64,000 nt of DNA. Origin: Octopus sinensis. Its lineage: Eukaryota. Where the stretch lies: assembly GCF_006345805.1 (NCBI RefSeq), contig NC_043000.1:91636001-91700000 (forward strand), read 5' to 3'. How positions within the stretch are numbered: position 1 is the first letter of the stretch; each line of letters begins with the position of its first letter. Shown here one piece after another: positions 39,152-54,328 of the stretch. The notes below the pieces were generated by a model. It was not told where the DNA came from, made no database searches, and saw nothing but the letters and a program-made list of their open reading frames with translations. The position numbers were made by a program, and so were the translations under genes.

Positions 39152-39783
39152 CATATGATGGATGAGTGAGAAGAAGCAATATGAAATATATATACTCGTA
39201 CACTTACATATCTACACAAATGCATAATGCTTCTATAGATGTATCTATACATGTCTATGGATGCATACGGGCATATATACATACAGGCATACATGCATAC
39301 ATGCGTAACCATATTGCTCCAAAATCATAAACTTATACAAACCAACATATATACATATATTTATACATACATGCACACATGCATATATTCGTTGCCACAT
39401 GCATACGCACGCGCACACTCAAACACACACTCACATATACATAAGCATACATGCACACATACGTACAAAGATATACTCTTACATAAACCCAAACATAATA
39501 CAGGCCGTTTGAACTCGACAGTTGAAATGGTTGGAAATAGAGTTTTGAAAAGAACAAGTATTTCAAACAATACTGTTCTATGCAATAATATAAACAAAAA
39601 ACAACAGGCAAACAAACACACAAAAAAGAAAAAGGTAAAGAAAAAGATCAAAGAAAATGAGTTTTGTCAAAAGTTTTGCAACTCTTCCTTCTTCAACTTC
39701 ACTTAATCTTTTTTGTGTCTGTATGTATTTATGCATATCTTTGTATATATATATATAAATATATATATATATATGTGTGTGTC

Positions 39784-39845
<62 letters not shown>

Positions 39846-40280
39846 TGTATGTATGTATGTATGTATGTATGTATGTATGTATGTATGCATGTATGCATGT
39901 AGGTACATGTATATATGCATATACACACATATACATGTATATTTATGCACCTATATATGTATGCATGTGTGTGGTATTGGTTTGATTCAGGTCTTCACTC
40001 GTGTTAAAGAGAAGAAATTCATCCCCTCTGTGTTACTATTATTGGAATGTTGTAGCTATGTGTTATGTAATTCAATTATATATTCATGACACATGCTACA
40101 CGTGCATGTAAATGCGTTGACATCAGACACACATGTGTGCCTAAACACACATATACATCTATACATCGATATGTGTATGTCTGTACATCAATAATTGTAT
40201 TCGCGTATGTGTCCAAGAGTTTAGGTATTCATATACATACACATATATGCATTCATATACATATGCATTGTTTTATGTAT

Positions 40281-40314
<34 letters not shown>

Positions 40315-40997
40315 ATATTATATTATATCATATATATTTGTATATTGTATTTTATGCATACATCGTCATACATATTTGTATATATGTATATATAGGCATA
40401 CGTATATGCTTATATTTACAAATGAACATATATATATATATATTTATATATTATATATATATAATATATAACTACATATATATATGTATATATATGTGTA
40501 TATATATGTAAGTATATATGTGTAGATGTAAATACATTTACATTTGTCTATACTTATGTATATATATATGTATACGTATATATAAATATGTATATACATA
40601 CATAGAATTATTATTTCTTTTTGTTTATTGTTCGTTGATTTTCATAGCCGTCATTTTTTATTGTTATTGCTGTTACTCTTGATGATATTAACGTTCATGT
40701 TGTTGTTCTTGTGAAAATACTTGTCATTATTGAAATAAAGCATAAATATTTACCTCCATTGTATTTCTTTTACAATATGTAAACTATCTGCTGTTTCTAA
40801 ATCTGTTTCTACTTTCAAAGTTACCCAACAATACATACAATAATCTGATATTCATACGCACACACAAACACACATACCCCCCCCCCCACATACACACATT
40901 TGCAAACACACACAAACATAGATAAATGCATATGTGTATATATATATACATATATATATAAATAATAATATATATATATATATAAATAATAATATAT

Positions 40998-41055
<58 letters not shown>

Positions 41056-41317
41056 CATATATGCAAATAGTCTGGTGGCAGGCTGAAGGCCTAAATTATT
41101 TCTGCTCCTGACAAAAATTCATGGTCATATTTTTTTACGTATGCTCAGGATTTGAGCTCAAACCTGTCTGAGTTCCACTTTATTTTTCATTTTTCTGATA
41201 TTTATTAAACAAACTATTAAAGCAGTGGTTCCCAACATTTTCACTGTGGTTCCCAACAGTGGTTGTCAACCCTTTTATTTAAATGAGTTTTCCCAGGACC
41301 TTTTTAAATATACTTAT

Positions 41318-41890
41318 CCTTATCTATATACATAAATGTGTAATGGTGTCTGTCTGTGTGTGTGTTTGGGGTTACTCTAACTCTTACCGCACAGTTCAAC
41401 TGATTTTAAGGATTTCTGGCTTATACGTAGATCATATGTCCTGAAATTCAAATAAGGCCGGAATTTTTCGAAAACTCAATAATGCTCAGTTGGCATCGAA
41501 TTTTGTGAGCTCAATCGGGCGTTTGAATGGAAATTCCCATAATGATATTATTTTTCCTGCAGCATTTGCAGTTTTTCACGTGTAAAATTTCAACAAAATC
41601 AATAGAATAGTCTCTAAGGAAATGCTTATTTACATTGGTGTCCTCTGCACTACTGAACACGACACCGTCGGCAGCAAAACTCCGCTCCGTCAACAAAACT
41701 CCGTCGCCTGCTCTGACCATCTTTCCTTCGCCTGCCACACATCTATTCATCCTGCAACAGCCTGCTGAACCAGATATAACATCTTAATGGGTAATAGTTG
41801 GAACGGGGAACGTAGAAGATTTCAAGGCAACGTCAGAAGTGGGCTTAACTTCAACACGGAAAACACGAGCAACGCCGGGTCCAAGCTATT
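41318..41890 (+). mobile_element. Non-autonomous Helitron, probably nested in a hAT-like MITE (41223-~42050)
   Basis: Start tctatatacataaat with a (CTGT/GT)n tract. The 3' end cacgagcaacgccggg...ctat matches the 18402 Helitron hairpin. The host starts cagtggttcccaac. Confidence 0.7.
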
Positions 41891-41919
41891 ATACACACAC
41901 ACACACAACACACACCAAC

Positions 41920-41950
<31 letters not shown>

Positions 41951-42870
41951 ATTATATATATATATATGAAAGTTTGAATTTAGTTCCTGAACCCCCAGTG
42001 CTACCTTTCTGGACCACCAGGCATTCGTAGATCCCAAGTCGGGCAACACTTTACTAGGGTAGGGGATAAACTAAAGTGGGAGACTGTAAGTTATCACTCT
42101 AGCTGCAAGAAATAACATCCTAATGAATTTAGCTATATATATAAACATACTCACACACACATAGTATACATACATATATAGAAATGTATATATATGCACA
42201 TATCTGAAATTGTAGATGACCCTACTACATGGTAAAAATGCAAATGGGGACAATGTATTGCCATTGTAATAACCAATAACGGCGGGTTAGTAAAAATGTA
42301 GCAACAACGAAAGTGGTGCTTTACCATTGTTACGGCTTATAGGCTAATACAGACAGATACACAATACACGCACAAGCATTATCTAATACAGAAGTCACTG
42401 ATGTTGATAGTGTCGATAAATATGTAGATTAAATCAAAATTGATGGTGTGCCCAGTTTCGCCTACGGTTGAATCGTTCTTTTCTTGTCCTACAGTCGTGA
42501 ACAAGAGCAAAAATTTAATGTTAAAGACAGTTGATTACATTGAATCCGTCATACATGACGGATATTTTGACTTAAGAATCCTATAGGATGAAAAGACTCC
42601 TGGAACTGGTCACAGCCTCTGACTGGAATCTTTAAAATATAACACTGTTCGTATGGCAATCAGCATGACATGTTCTACGTAAACGTTCGTTTTTAAGCCG
42701 AAGAGTTCTGACGATGCGCCTTTATGCCTAAAATATATAAAAGTTACTTAACTTCCAATTTTCGCATTGTTAGAAGCTCTCATCTTCATTATTTGTTCTT
42801 CAGTATCAAACTGCTTCAAGTGAACTACTGCGGTCTTTTTACAAAAGATGCATACACGCATACACGCACA

Positions 42871-43769
42871 TACCTGGTCCGATCAATAAGTATCCGAACT
42901 GTTGCCATAGTAACGAAGCTGAAGCATGCAGAGTAAAGCCGCTAGACACAGATTGACCTCGAACTCTGCTGTGCATACCCACAAAGGTTTACCGTTCTAT
43001 CTCACTTCCGCTATTTACAACAGTGCTTGGAAGGAACGTGTGTAGCGTGTAATCGTTGCATTGACAATCAGAGAGTAAGTTGAGCCTAGAATCTGCATCA
43101 AATTTTGCCAGAAATTTGGCGATACCTGATAAAGGGCCTGCGCAATATTTTCAAAAGGTTTTCATCGTTCTCGATACAATCAAGGAGATATTGTGCAACT
43201 GAAACCCAAGTCTCTTTTTGGTCAGCTGAAGGCAGTTTTGGCATAAACTTAGCAAACACGCGTCTCATACCTAAATCTTCAGTGATAATGGATTGAACTG
43301 AACCGTAACTAATCTGCACATCCTTTGATAACTCACGCATTATGATCCAACGATTTCCTCTCACAGCTGCACGCACATCTGCCATGTTTTTCTCAGTTCT
43401 ACTGGTTGCGGGTCTCCCAGAACGTTCGTCAATATCGACATTTTTTCAGCTATCATGGAAACGTCTGACTCACTCATACACTTGTGTGCGGATCTTACAC
43501 TCCTCTCCATACACTTTCTGCAAATTTGCGTAGGTCTCTGAGGAAGCATCGCCATGACAACTTTCTCTGTCATGGTCAATGCGACAATCACATGCTACAC
43601 ACCTTCCTTCCAAGCACTGCTGTAAAGAGCGAATATGCTGTAGAACGTTAAAACTTAATGCGCATGCACAACGGAGTTCAAGGTCACTCTTTGCGAAGCT
43701 GCTTCACTCTGTGTGCTTTAGCTTTGTTACTATGGCAACAGTCTGGATACTTATTGATTAGACCTCGTA
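42871..43769. mobile_element. Mariner-derived element built from two inverted 5' ends
   Basis: Long inverted termini (ggtccgatcaataagtatcc / ggatacttattgattagacc). The minus-strand N-terminal transposase reads ...RELSKDVQISYGSVQSIITEDLGMRRVFAKFMPKL... Confidence 0.88.
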
Positions 43770-44005
43770 TATGCATACACGTATATACGTATAACCATTG
43801 TTCCTGCAATTCGGATTCAGACACCTTTATCTACATTATAGCATATAAGTTACCGCGATCACTACAGCCACTTTGTCTGTGATATTGCAACGGAATTTGT
43901 GCGTAGCCATTCCTGCCCCACAGCTTAATCCTACGGTCAATAACAAGAGATTGTATTAAAGCGGAGAGAAACAGAGTAAATTTAACGTGATGCCCCCTTA
44001 TAACA

Positions 44006-44109
44006 TCACCTAATGAGACACTTCTACACCGAGGGATGCATCACAACCAGTTGTCTAATATCCCACCAGCAAAGGATAGATGCCAGATGTTTCGAAACGA
44101 TCGTTGTGA
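44006..44109 (+). ncRNA. Decayed type I hammerhead-like motif with a long stem II
   Basis: UCAC-CUAAUGA-GAC...GUUUC-GAAAC-GAUC-GUU-GUGA: stem I UCAC/GUGA and palindromic stem III ACGAUCGU. It has two core substitutions and is followed by aataaa. Confidence 0.55.
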
Positions 44110-44285
44110 GAAATAAATTTTCTCGTAAATTCCATTTTCCGTCTGAATCATTTTATATACCCAACGAACACTGAGGCAGTGGACGTGCTTCATCGGCTAA
44201 TTACTAGCTAATACCCAAAACTTAAATAAATATGTGTATGTGTTGGTGTGTGTGTATATATATGTATGTATGCTTCTATGTACAT

Positions 44286-44323
<38 letters not shown>

Positions 44324-45225
44324 GCGTGTGTGTGTGTATGTATGTGCATATGTTTGTTCCCCCTCCAACATTGTATGACAACCGATGCTGGTGTGTTTAC
44401 GTCCCCGTAAAATAGCGATTCAGCAAAAGCGACCGATCGAATAAGTACTAGACTTACAAAGAATAAGTCCTGGGGTCGTTTTGCTCGACTAAACGCAGTG
44501 CTCCAGCCACAGTTAAATGACTGAAACAAATAGTGTAAAGTGGATTATCTAAATTTTGTACGACTCTTACTTCATCTTTTATTCCCCTCTCATTTTTCTT
44601 CTTTTCTCTCTCTCCCTCTCTCACATTTCTTGGCCCTGTCTTTCTTTAACTCCCACCATTTCCCGCTCGTTTATCTCCCTTGCACCTTTCCCTTTGTCTC
44701 CGATTTTTTTGTAATCCTCCAATCCCGCTATCCCCTACCCATCACTCCTCCTTCCAGGTGACCGGTGTCCCGCCAGCCATGATCTTTCTTTCTTTGCCTG
44801 ACTGCCGACAGTCAACTCGTCTTGCGTTCATCTCCTATGTTCCCGCCTTTAGGCTTCTACTTCATACACACCAGCTCAATTTGAATCGTTCTCAGTCGAA
44901 AGACGCCTGTTGTTATTTCTTGTTGTATTCGTAATTGTGTACCATGCTCTCCGTTTTTTCTTTGTTTGTTTCTTTACGGTCTTTATTGCCGTACACATTC
45001 GCTAGCGTTTTTACAAAGGGGTCTAATGCTCTTAGCTTAGACGTTTTGGGGGACAACCAGATCGAGCCAACTCGAAATGGTCGTGACTTCTGGCACTTGA
45101 CTGATGAAAGAAAGCCTAGAAAGAACCGTCTTTTTTTGCCTGTCCTTCTAATTGTTGTTTCTCTTGTTCGCCTTTGTGTCGTCTATCTGTTCGAACGATT
45201 TAATGCCCTCTATTGCGTTTTTGTT

Positions 45226-45263
<38 letters not shown>

Positions 45264-45275
45264 TATATATATTAT

Positions 45276-45640
45276 GAGAAATTTGCTTCCCAACCACCTG
45301 GTTCTAGGTTCAGTCCCACTGTATGGCACCTTGGGCAAGCGTCTTCTACTATAGTTTCGAGCCGACCAAATCCTAGTGAGTGTATTTGGTAGACGGAAAC
45401 TGAAAGAAGCCCGTCGTGTATATATATATGTGTGTGTGTGTGCGCGTGTGTGTCTGTGTGCGTGAGTGTGTAAATGTGTGTCTTTGTTTGTCCCCCCAAC
45501 CATCGCTTGACTACCGATGTTGGTGTGTTTCCATCCCCGTAACTTAGCGGTTCTGCAAAAGATATGATAGAATACGTACTAGGCTTACAAAGAATAAGTC
45601 CGGGTGTTGATTTGTTCGACTAAAGGTGGTGCTCCAGTAA
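45276..45640 (+). mobile_element. SINE family A (another 3' half lies at ~44315-44530)
   Basis: ggttcagtcccactg...gacggaaactgaaagaagcccgtcg...ggtgctccag. Confidence 0.88.
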
Positions 45641-45961
45641 AGGAATATAAACAAATAAAAATACTAATATTATAAAAGAACAAAAAAGTGAAAGCGTAGA
45701 AAAACAACACTGTGGAAGAGAAAAAGAAAGAGAAAGAATGAATAGGGAAAACTTGATAAAAAAGAGAGCAAGGGGAATCTGATATTAACTTGAGAGGGTA
45801 GAAGAGATGTAAAGAGTGGTATAACAATCACTCATAGTCAAATTCCCATCAGATTCCTCCCGAATAGATGCTCGTGAGAACTAACTGACCTCCTGTGTTG
45901 TTTATTTTTTCTATGCTTCATTATTAAAAATTTGCCTCTACGATTACGATGTATATGAAAG

Positions 45962-46260
45962 ACTAGCTATTTTGACCGATGCTTCGCTCGGGTTTTGGTG
46001 GTGGTGTTGTTTTGTGCGTGTTGTCTCCTTTTCCCTTTCTTCTTTTGTTCGTCTTTTTTACCGTTCCCATATTCCTCACCATGGCAACCATACGGTAGCC
46101 CCGAGCGACTTGCAACCCTCCTTACACCACTTCCCACCCCAGTGTAAATTTTGACGCCAATCCGACCCCATCTACAGCCCCTTAAACCGTTCCCATCCAA
46201 AAATGGGACAACCAAGAAATCAAACAACTTTTTCGCATTTCAGCTCTATAGATATTGATT
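45962..46260 (-). mobile_element. Short non-autonomous Helitron
   Basis: Minus-strand 3' end cccgagcgaagcatcggtc...agCTAG|T, and 5' end tcaatatctata. Confidence 0.65.
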
Positions 46261-47815
46261 TAAGACCTAAGGGATTTAAATACGACTTATTTATTTGAGT
46301 ACCCAACATCACCAGCAAAGTAAGAAAGCACAAGCTCACCAACAGATTCAAAGTTGTTTTGTAAACAATCAACTAATCTTGAAAAGTACGTTCAGCTTCA
46401 GACCAAACCATCGCTCAACATACAGATATTCTATTTAAACTTTCTCATAACACACAACTTAACTGGACATAATCTCGGGAAAATGCATCAAATTTTCAGA
46501 ACCTTGCTTAACAAAGGCGTCGTGTGCAACGGAGTTTCGTACAGCGGACTCTAGGGTGGACATTCATCCAAGACAATATACAAGAAACTGCAAAGGACTT
46601 TCAGACCTCTTAAAAATTAGCTTACTTTACAGAGTGGTGATGCAGAAGAGATGAATAAAAGAATAAGCCAAAAACAGAGGATATAATGTATCACATTTTT
46701 TGCAGTGCTTATGAAACCAAATTAAAAGTGATTTTAATAATACTTATCTGTTGTCATCGCATATATTAATATATGCATATGCAATTACATTTCATATCTT
46801 ATAAAAGCCATATTGAAATATATAAACTGTATTTCGGCGATACTTACTAGATTAGATAGCTAGATAACAGTATAAGTAAAAATTAAACGGATTTAAGACA
46901 GACAATTAAAGTTCGGTGAGATAGATGCATAATTAGAAAAATATTTCAAGCTAATATAGAAAATAGATTAATATAGAAATCAATGTAAAACACCCTGTCT
47001 TGAAATGGTCGCTGGACTAAAAGTTAGCGGTCTCTACCGTTTCTGTGAAGATAATGAAATTAAAGATAAATCAGTTGCTTAAAATCGAATTTAAAATATT
47101 TTGCTAAAAACTGAGTTTTATGTATGAATTATGAAAGTTCAGAGCAATGAATTAGCTGTGAGGTAAATGAAATTATTAAAGGTTAATGACATTCGTAGTT
47201 AGTACATCCAAATACACACACGTATATGCACATGCACTCAAATATAAATACATGTGCGTATGCACTTGCATATGCACATGCATATGTATATATAATATGT
47301 GCATACGTGCATGTATATATGTATGTTATATATATATGTATATAACATCCATGCATACGTACTAAAGCACACACATGTATATACATAGAGATATATAGAT
47401 ATGACAAATACATACATATATACAGGCATACATATATACATACATTCATACATACAAACATACAGAGTGAAAGAGAGGTCGAATGATACATACATATATA
47501 TATATATATGCACACGCTTATGTACATATAATATACTTACACAGATACACATGCACAAACAAATTTAAGATAACATAGAGAAACATGCAACCTGGAATAT
47601 ATAGATGCATTAATATGCATTCAAACAGACGAACATCTTATTTACACACAAAACGAAGATGTTTGTTTGGATAAAGATAAATAAATCTACACGTATAGAA
47701 ATACAAAAAAAAAATACAATATTTGAAAAATATGATTACAAAAAATATATGTATTTATATTGATACAAATACAAAAAAGCTCATACAAATGATGCAGAGG
47801 TACACTAGTTCTCAA

Positions 47816-47875
<60 letters not shown>

Positions 47876-48233
47876 GCATGTATGTATTTTTATATGTCTA
47901 TATATATATATATATATTGTATACATATATGTATATATGTGTGATATATGTGTATATGATGCATGGATAAATGCATATGTATACATATCTTTATAGATAT
48001 ATTTTATAGTAAATTTGTATAAAAAACAATCACATACATATATGTATATATATATATATGTGTGTGTGTATTTATATATATAAATGTTATATATATTTAT
48101 GCATATACATGTGTGTACATATGCGTATATGCATGTATGTATATATATATATTATATATATATATATAGGGATATATATGTATATATATATATATATATA
48201 TATAGTATAATACACACATACAAATACCTATAC

Positions 48234-48273
<40 letters not shown>

Positions 48274-48288
48274 ATATATATGTATATA

Positions 48289-48358
<70 letters not shown>

Positions 48359-49594
48359 AAGAGAAAGGAAAGATAAAATACAGCCAGAATGGATGTGGAT
48401 ATAAATGTTTTGGAATTTATGATGATAGATGATGAACAAATGTAGAAAGCAAAATTTTGCGTTGGAAAGTATCGAGAAAAATGGATGGGAGCTAAAAGAA
48501 ATGTCACATGAAAATATTGTTTTTAACGTCTGTGTAGAGTAAATAAGACGATTTTAAATACTAGAAAGTTTTAAATGTCCATTCCTGGTAATGAGGAATG
48601 CATTCGATGTGTGTGTCAATAAGTTCTTTTATTTATTTATTCATTTATTTGTCTATTTTATCTATCTTTTTAACAAATAGTATTTTATCACTCTCAGGAG
48701 TGCATATGTTAGACATTTTTTTAATATATTACTAGTGTAGGATTTGGTCAATAAGGGTATATTTATTTCAAGTTATACTGGTTGTTTTGGATTTTTCAGT
48801 CCAATAAAAATCTGAATAATGATGCGTGGTTATTTCTATTTTCTTTACAGAAAGTCTTCATATGCTGGTAGACCTTAAGTTAAAGGGAGTTGCCATGATT
48901 CCCACCTATGTTTTAATGAGGTATTTCAATTGTTAGCTGGTAGTGAATGTTTTACTTGAAGTTTGGATTTGATTTCTAAAGGTCGATTGTTAGTGTTGAG
49001 GCAATTACATGAAATTTTGTTAATGTTCTGTGAAAGAGAATTCAGCATGTGTTGGTTAGAAACAGAAGTACTTTGTAAGGAATTTAAAATTTTGAAATAT
49101 AAGTTAAAATCTTATTTTCGCTCAATATCGTATTGTACATGCTGAGATCGTGTATTCTAGAACCTTGATACTAACGCCTTGTAAACTGTTCAATTTCGAT
49201 CTCTGAAAATTCTGGTTCCCAGGCATTGAGATTAGTATTCTATATTAATAGTAAGTACCAGTTGAACACTGGGTCGATATAATCGACTTACACTTCTTTC
49301 AAAAATGTTGGCCTTGTACCAAAATTTGAAATGAACATTATTAGTGGTAGGGATGCGCAACCAAGAGGCCCCGGAATCGCTGCCAGTGAATGGCAGCTTA
49401 AGCAAATGTTGTTTCCGATATCCTCAGGTATGCTATACCTTCCGAGTGAATCTAGGTAGACAGTGGCAACACAGAAACCCAGAGAGTAGATGTACTCATA
49501 ACTCAAACGGTACAGCTTTATGGTGCACTGTCATGCTGTTTCTACCAGAGATTTACGTTTCGAGCATACGTGTCTTTGGAATATTCAACGACTA

Positions 49595-49803
49595 ACGAGG
49601 GGCTGCTGAAAGTTCCTGGCTTTAAGAGTATCGCGAAAGTCATGGTTGGAGGCGATAACTTTTAAGTTCTTTTACAGGGCTTAGAAAAACTGAAGGACGG
49701 TTGCAATAAGTGGGTGAAACTGAGAAGGGGATATGTCATATTTAACCGATGCCCTGGTATTTGCTTTTGTCCAAAGCTTGGAACTTTTCAGCATTCCGTC
49801 GTA
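49595..49803 (+). mobile_element. Mariner-derived MITE
   Basis: TIRs acgaggggctgctgaaagttcc / ggaacttttcagcattccgtcgt. The internal LEKLKDGCNKWVKLRRGY resembles a mariner C-terminus. Confidence 0.75.
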
Positions 49804-50853
49804 TAAGTTAATTCAGAAGCAGGTTGTTCAGTTGATCAAACGACTGAATCCTCATCATTGAACGGTGGATGCCCTCCACCAATACTCTTATTATTGACCT
49901 GCTTTTGTAATTTACAGTACTGTATATTGCCATACATCGTATTAAATTATCGGTTGGCAGTATTATTCAAGTACAAAATATTTCATATCTACATTATCTC
50001 TACTGTAAGGTCGATCTGTACCAGAGCTGATGTGTTTTCCATCCTTTCGGGATTGATAAAATAAGTACCGCTTGAGCATTAGTGGGGATGTGACCAACCT
50101 CTACCCCAGATCTGCTAGTGTTGTGCCAAAATTTGAAACTATTATTGTGCAAGGTATAAGTCTGCAAAAAATCAGTAAGCAAGTCTGTTGGTCACGGGAA
50201 TTTTAGTTCCTGCATGCAAAATAGTGTGGATTACATGTACAACATGTTCCAGGAAATTTAGCTTTGGCAATTCTTGCATCTTATGCTCCTTCTTGCAATG
50301 CTAGGTGTCAGTTGATGTGTGAACAAGTACCACTTTACTTGCTTATGTATGCGTATGTAAATGTGCGTGTGTGAATGATTGAGTGAGTGAGTGTGTATGT
50401 ATGACCGTAATACAGAACAACCATAACTTAAAATCATCATTGCTATCCTTTCTGTTCTTCACTACCCCTTCCTTACTATTTTTTGTTTGCTCTTTTCTTT
50501 CTTGAAATATTTCATCTTTCTTTTTCTATCTTCTGTCTATGCCAATATTTGGTAGGTAAAGTGTGTGTTGACTTTGGTATATCAGTTGTTCACCCACGCT
50601 ACGCTTCGCTCCCGTATCTCCTTCCACCAGTTCATCCATCTGCCAACTGCTGGCTTGCGTCAAACTAATTAGTTTGCATGTATTTTTGGATGTGTGCATG
50701 TCTGTGTGTGATTGTATTCGTGTGTCAGTGCGTGATTGTCCATATGTGTGTGCATGAATATGCGTGCATGTAATGCTGAGAGCGGCAACCTCACTTTTTG
50801 TTTGTCTTTCTTCATACTAAAACTAAAGCAGACGCGCACTCACACACACTTTC

Positions 50854-50927
<74 letters not shown>

Positions 50928-51237
50928 ACGCACACACACACATATGCATGTATATGTGCATGCATTTTGCAAAGCTTCTATTCCTTCAGACTCTTGTCCA
51001 CTGCTAATCCCGATCACAAAACCTCGATTCAGAGTTCGATCATTTTGTATGTTCCTGTCTGTCCAGTATTATGGTAAGGTACCTTTACCAACCGTCCAGT
51101 TCCTTTTATCTGAAAGACTAAACTCAAGCCAGAAAACCCCTAGTGTAACAGGCTATTCATTCAACTTAAATGCATTACTACATTATACTATGCGATAGAA
51201 CACATTTTCACTCGTTCGTTGTAACTAACGGATATAG

Positions 51238-51271
<34 letters not shown>

Positions 51272-51274
<3 letters not shown>

Positions 51275-51435
51275 TGAAGAAGTGGCTGTGTGGTAAGAAG
51301 CATGTTTCCAAACCACATGGTTCCGGGTTCAGTCCCACCGCGTGGCAACTTGGGCAAGTGTCTACTTCTGTAGCCTCGGGCTGGCCAAGGCCTTGTGAAT
51401 GGATTTGATGGACGGAAACTGAAAGAAGCCTGTCG

Positions 51436-51471
<36 letters not shown>

Positions 51472-51712
51472 CACACACTCACACACATAAACACACACAC
51501 ACATATCATAATCCTTTCTACTATAGGCACAAAGCCTGAAATTTTGGAAGCGGGGACTATCGATTACATCGTTCTCAGTGCTTAACTTATCGACCCCGAA
51601 AGAATGAAAGGTAAAGTCGACCCCGGCGGTATTTGAACTCAGAACGTGAACTCAGACGAAATAGCAGTAGTAATTTCGCCCGTCGTGCTAACGACTGTCA
51701 GCTCGCCGCCTC
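51272..51712. mobile_element. Family A SINE head (+, 51272-51436) and family B SINE (-, 51515-51712)
   Basis: Sequence matches to the two families. Confidence 0.85.
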
Positions 51713-52542
51713 ATAATAACAGGTCATAATAATGATATATGTTCCCCGATTTAAAGCGACATTGACTGAAAAATGATGACCTAACCCTAACCCTAATCAG
51801 AATCAAACTCATATACGTACAGCACTCTCACAGCCGCTTGTCTTCCTCTATCTCACTCTCTCTCACTCCTCCTCATCTCTCTCACAGCCAGGCGACTACT
51901 TCCTTCCGCCTGCGGCCTCCTAACAGTGAACACACGTTCTTCTTGCGCTCTTAAGAATCTTTCCTCGTCTAGGCCAAAAAGGCCCTCATTGTTTGTTTTC
52001 TTGTTTGTTTTTATTTTTTATTTCTTGTACTCTATTTTTTGTAATTGTATTTTTATTTTGTATTTTATTTTGTAATTTTATTTGTATCATTTTTACGTCC
52101 TGTTTTTGTCACATTTTATTCTTTCCTTGTTTTTACCCCTCTTCGAAGTAATTTTATTTAATTCTTTCGCAGGAAGGGTTAGTTCGACGAGTCGTGTTCT
52201 GTCCTCACCTTCGAAACACGCTGGAGTTGAACTAGGGACAGCTGATGAAGGGGAATTTTCCTTGTGTAGTTTGTCTTGTACTCTGTTTTTTCGTTGTTAA
52301 AAAGGTCCGTTTCCATGTTTGTTTTTACGTTTTCGTTTCTCGTTGAGTTCTACGTCTATTTGTGGTGTCCTGTACTCACGTATATATATTTATATATGCA
52401 TGTATATATACATGTAGATGTAGGTACGTACATATATGTATGTATATATGCATATATTTTATTTATTACACTATTGTATGACTGAGCGCCCTCGCGTCGA
52501 TTCGATTCGTTTCGTTTCGTTTCGTTTCGTTTCCTCCAAGTA

Positions 52543-52580
<38 letters not shown>

Positions 52581-52583
<3 letters not shown>

Positions 52584-52891
52584 CTCAAAGAAATTCCAAT
52601 ATTGATTTTCACGTTTTATTTACAATCTTATAATATAATATAATTAGATAATATAATATAATGAAATGATAGAATATTAAATTTACAACTGTTGTAAATT
52701 GTAAAGCATAACTATCATAACTACTACATGAACCTGAAGATTGCCTAGTATAATTCATGAAAGTACTAGATAAATCAGAAAGGACATTTAATATTCTATC
52801 ATTTCATTATATTATATTTACTTATACTATATTATTATAAGATTGTAAATAAAACGTGAAAATCAGACAAGGTTAAAATTTGTTCGAGTAA
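52581..52891. repeat. AT-rich fold-back element in (TA)n, with CTGAAGA in the loop
   Basis: gattttcacgttttatttacaatcttataat...aatgaaatgatagaatattaaat pairs with its reverse complement at 52787-52865. Confidence 0.85.
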
Positions 52892-52920
52892 TATACTCTT
52901 CTATGCACAATCATACACAC

Positions 52921-53022
<102 letters not shown>

Positions 53023-53930
53023 TATTTATTTATTTATATATATAGATATATTATGTGTGTGTGTGTGTAATTTTATTCGCAGAAAATATAGTTTTTCACA
53101 ATTTTAGTTTGTGCAACGAATAAAAACAATGAAACAATCGAACATATATATATATTGTATTAATTGTGTCCTTAGATATTCAAAATTATATATAAAATAA
53201 CTGCATCAAATGCTGACTCCTTTGCCCTCTTATGAACCTCCAATAGGTGTCTATAAGGATTTAGCTTTATCATTACAAATCTTTTATCTTTCATGCTACA
53301 TTCATAAACCGCATTGTTCCTTCGAACTTGCTCTAAGTTCAAAATTCATAAAGAGTTTTAGAAAAGATCACTGTTGTGAAAAACATCGATTGTGGGAGAG
53401 ATACATTTGCTCTGGTGTATTTTTCAATTGCACAAATTGAAAAGCAAATATTGTTTGCACTTCGTAGGTTTACAGAATATGTCCGTCCCTATTTGGTTGC
53501 TGCTTTCTTTTATTAGGATGTCTAAAGATGGGAAATGGCCTTAAGTCTAGAAAGTCTAAAGATGGGAGATGACTTTGAGTCTAAAAAGTTAGTCAGACGA
53601 CGATTTTCCTACACTGAACCAACTATTATTGGTCTTAATTTAAGATAATTTGGATATAGGACCTTAATATTTGGATATAGGACCTTAATATCTTATTTTG
53701 CATAGTTCACCTTTTTTATTTTCACTATTGTAAAGTTTTGGCATGTCATAGAAAAGGCTAAATTTACACTCAATGTCGCATTCTTTTGTCGGTGAGTCCT
53801 TTTTGTCATAAGTTTATTTATATTGTAAGGGGTCACATTATTTTTGTTGATTGTGTATTCATGCCCCAGTAACCTAATGGGTCGACAAAAGACCTATAGA
53901 ATAAGTACTAGACTTTAAAAAAGTAAATAA

Positions 53931-54093
53931 AGGCGCAGGCGTGGCTCAGTTGTAAGATGTCTGCTTCCCAATCACATGGTTCCATGTTCTGTCCTATTGT
54001 GTGGCACCGTGGTCAAGTGTCTTTTACTATAATCTCGGGCCGACCACAGTCATGAGAGTGGATTTCGTGGACGGAAATTGTAAAAAGCCCGTC

Positions 54094-54132
<39 letters not shown>

Positions 54133-54291
54133 TTATTTCTCTCCTTCTTTTCTCTGTGTTCCTTTCTGTAGAAGAGCGTAGGCTCGAAACGTAAAAGACT
54201 TTTTCCTATTCCTGAGCGTTATACTAATACATCTGTTTGTTTTGTACACCACTTGTCTTCGTCTTTTGCTTTTTTCGTAAGCTCTCCCTAT

Positions 54292-54328
<37 letters not shown>

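Noticed and set aside
51779-51796. (CCCTAA)n telomere-type repeat
   Set aside because: Under three units and internal, which is too short to call an interstitial telomere.
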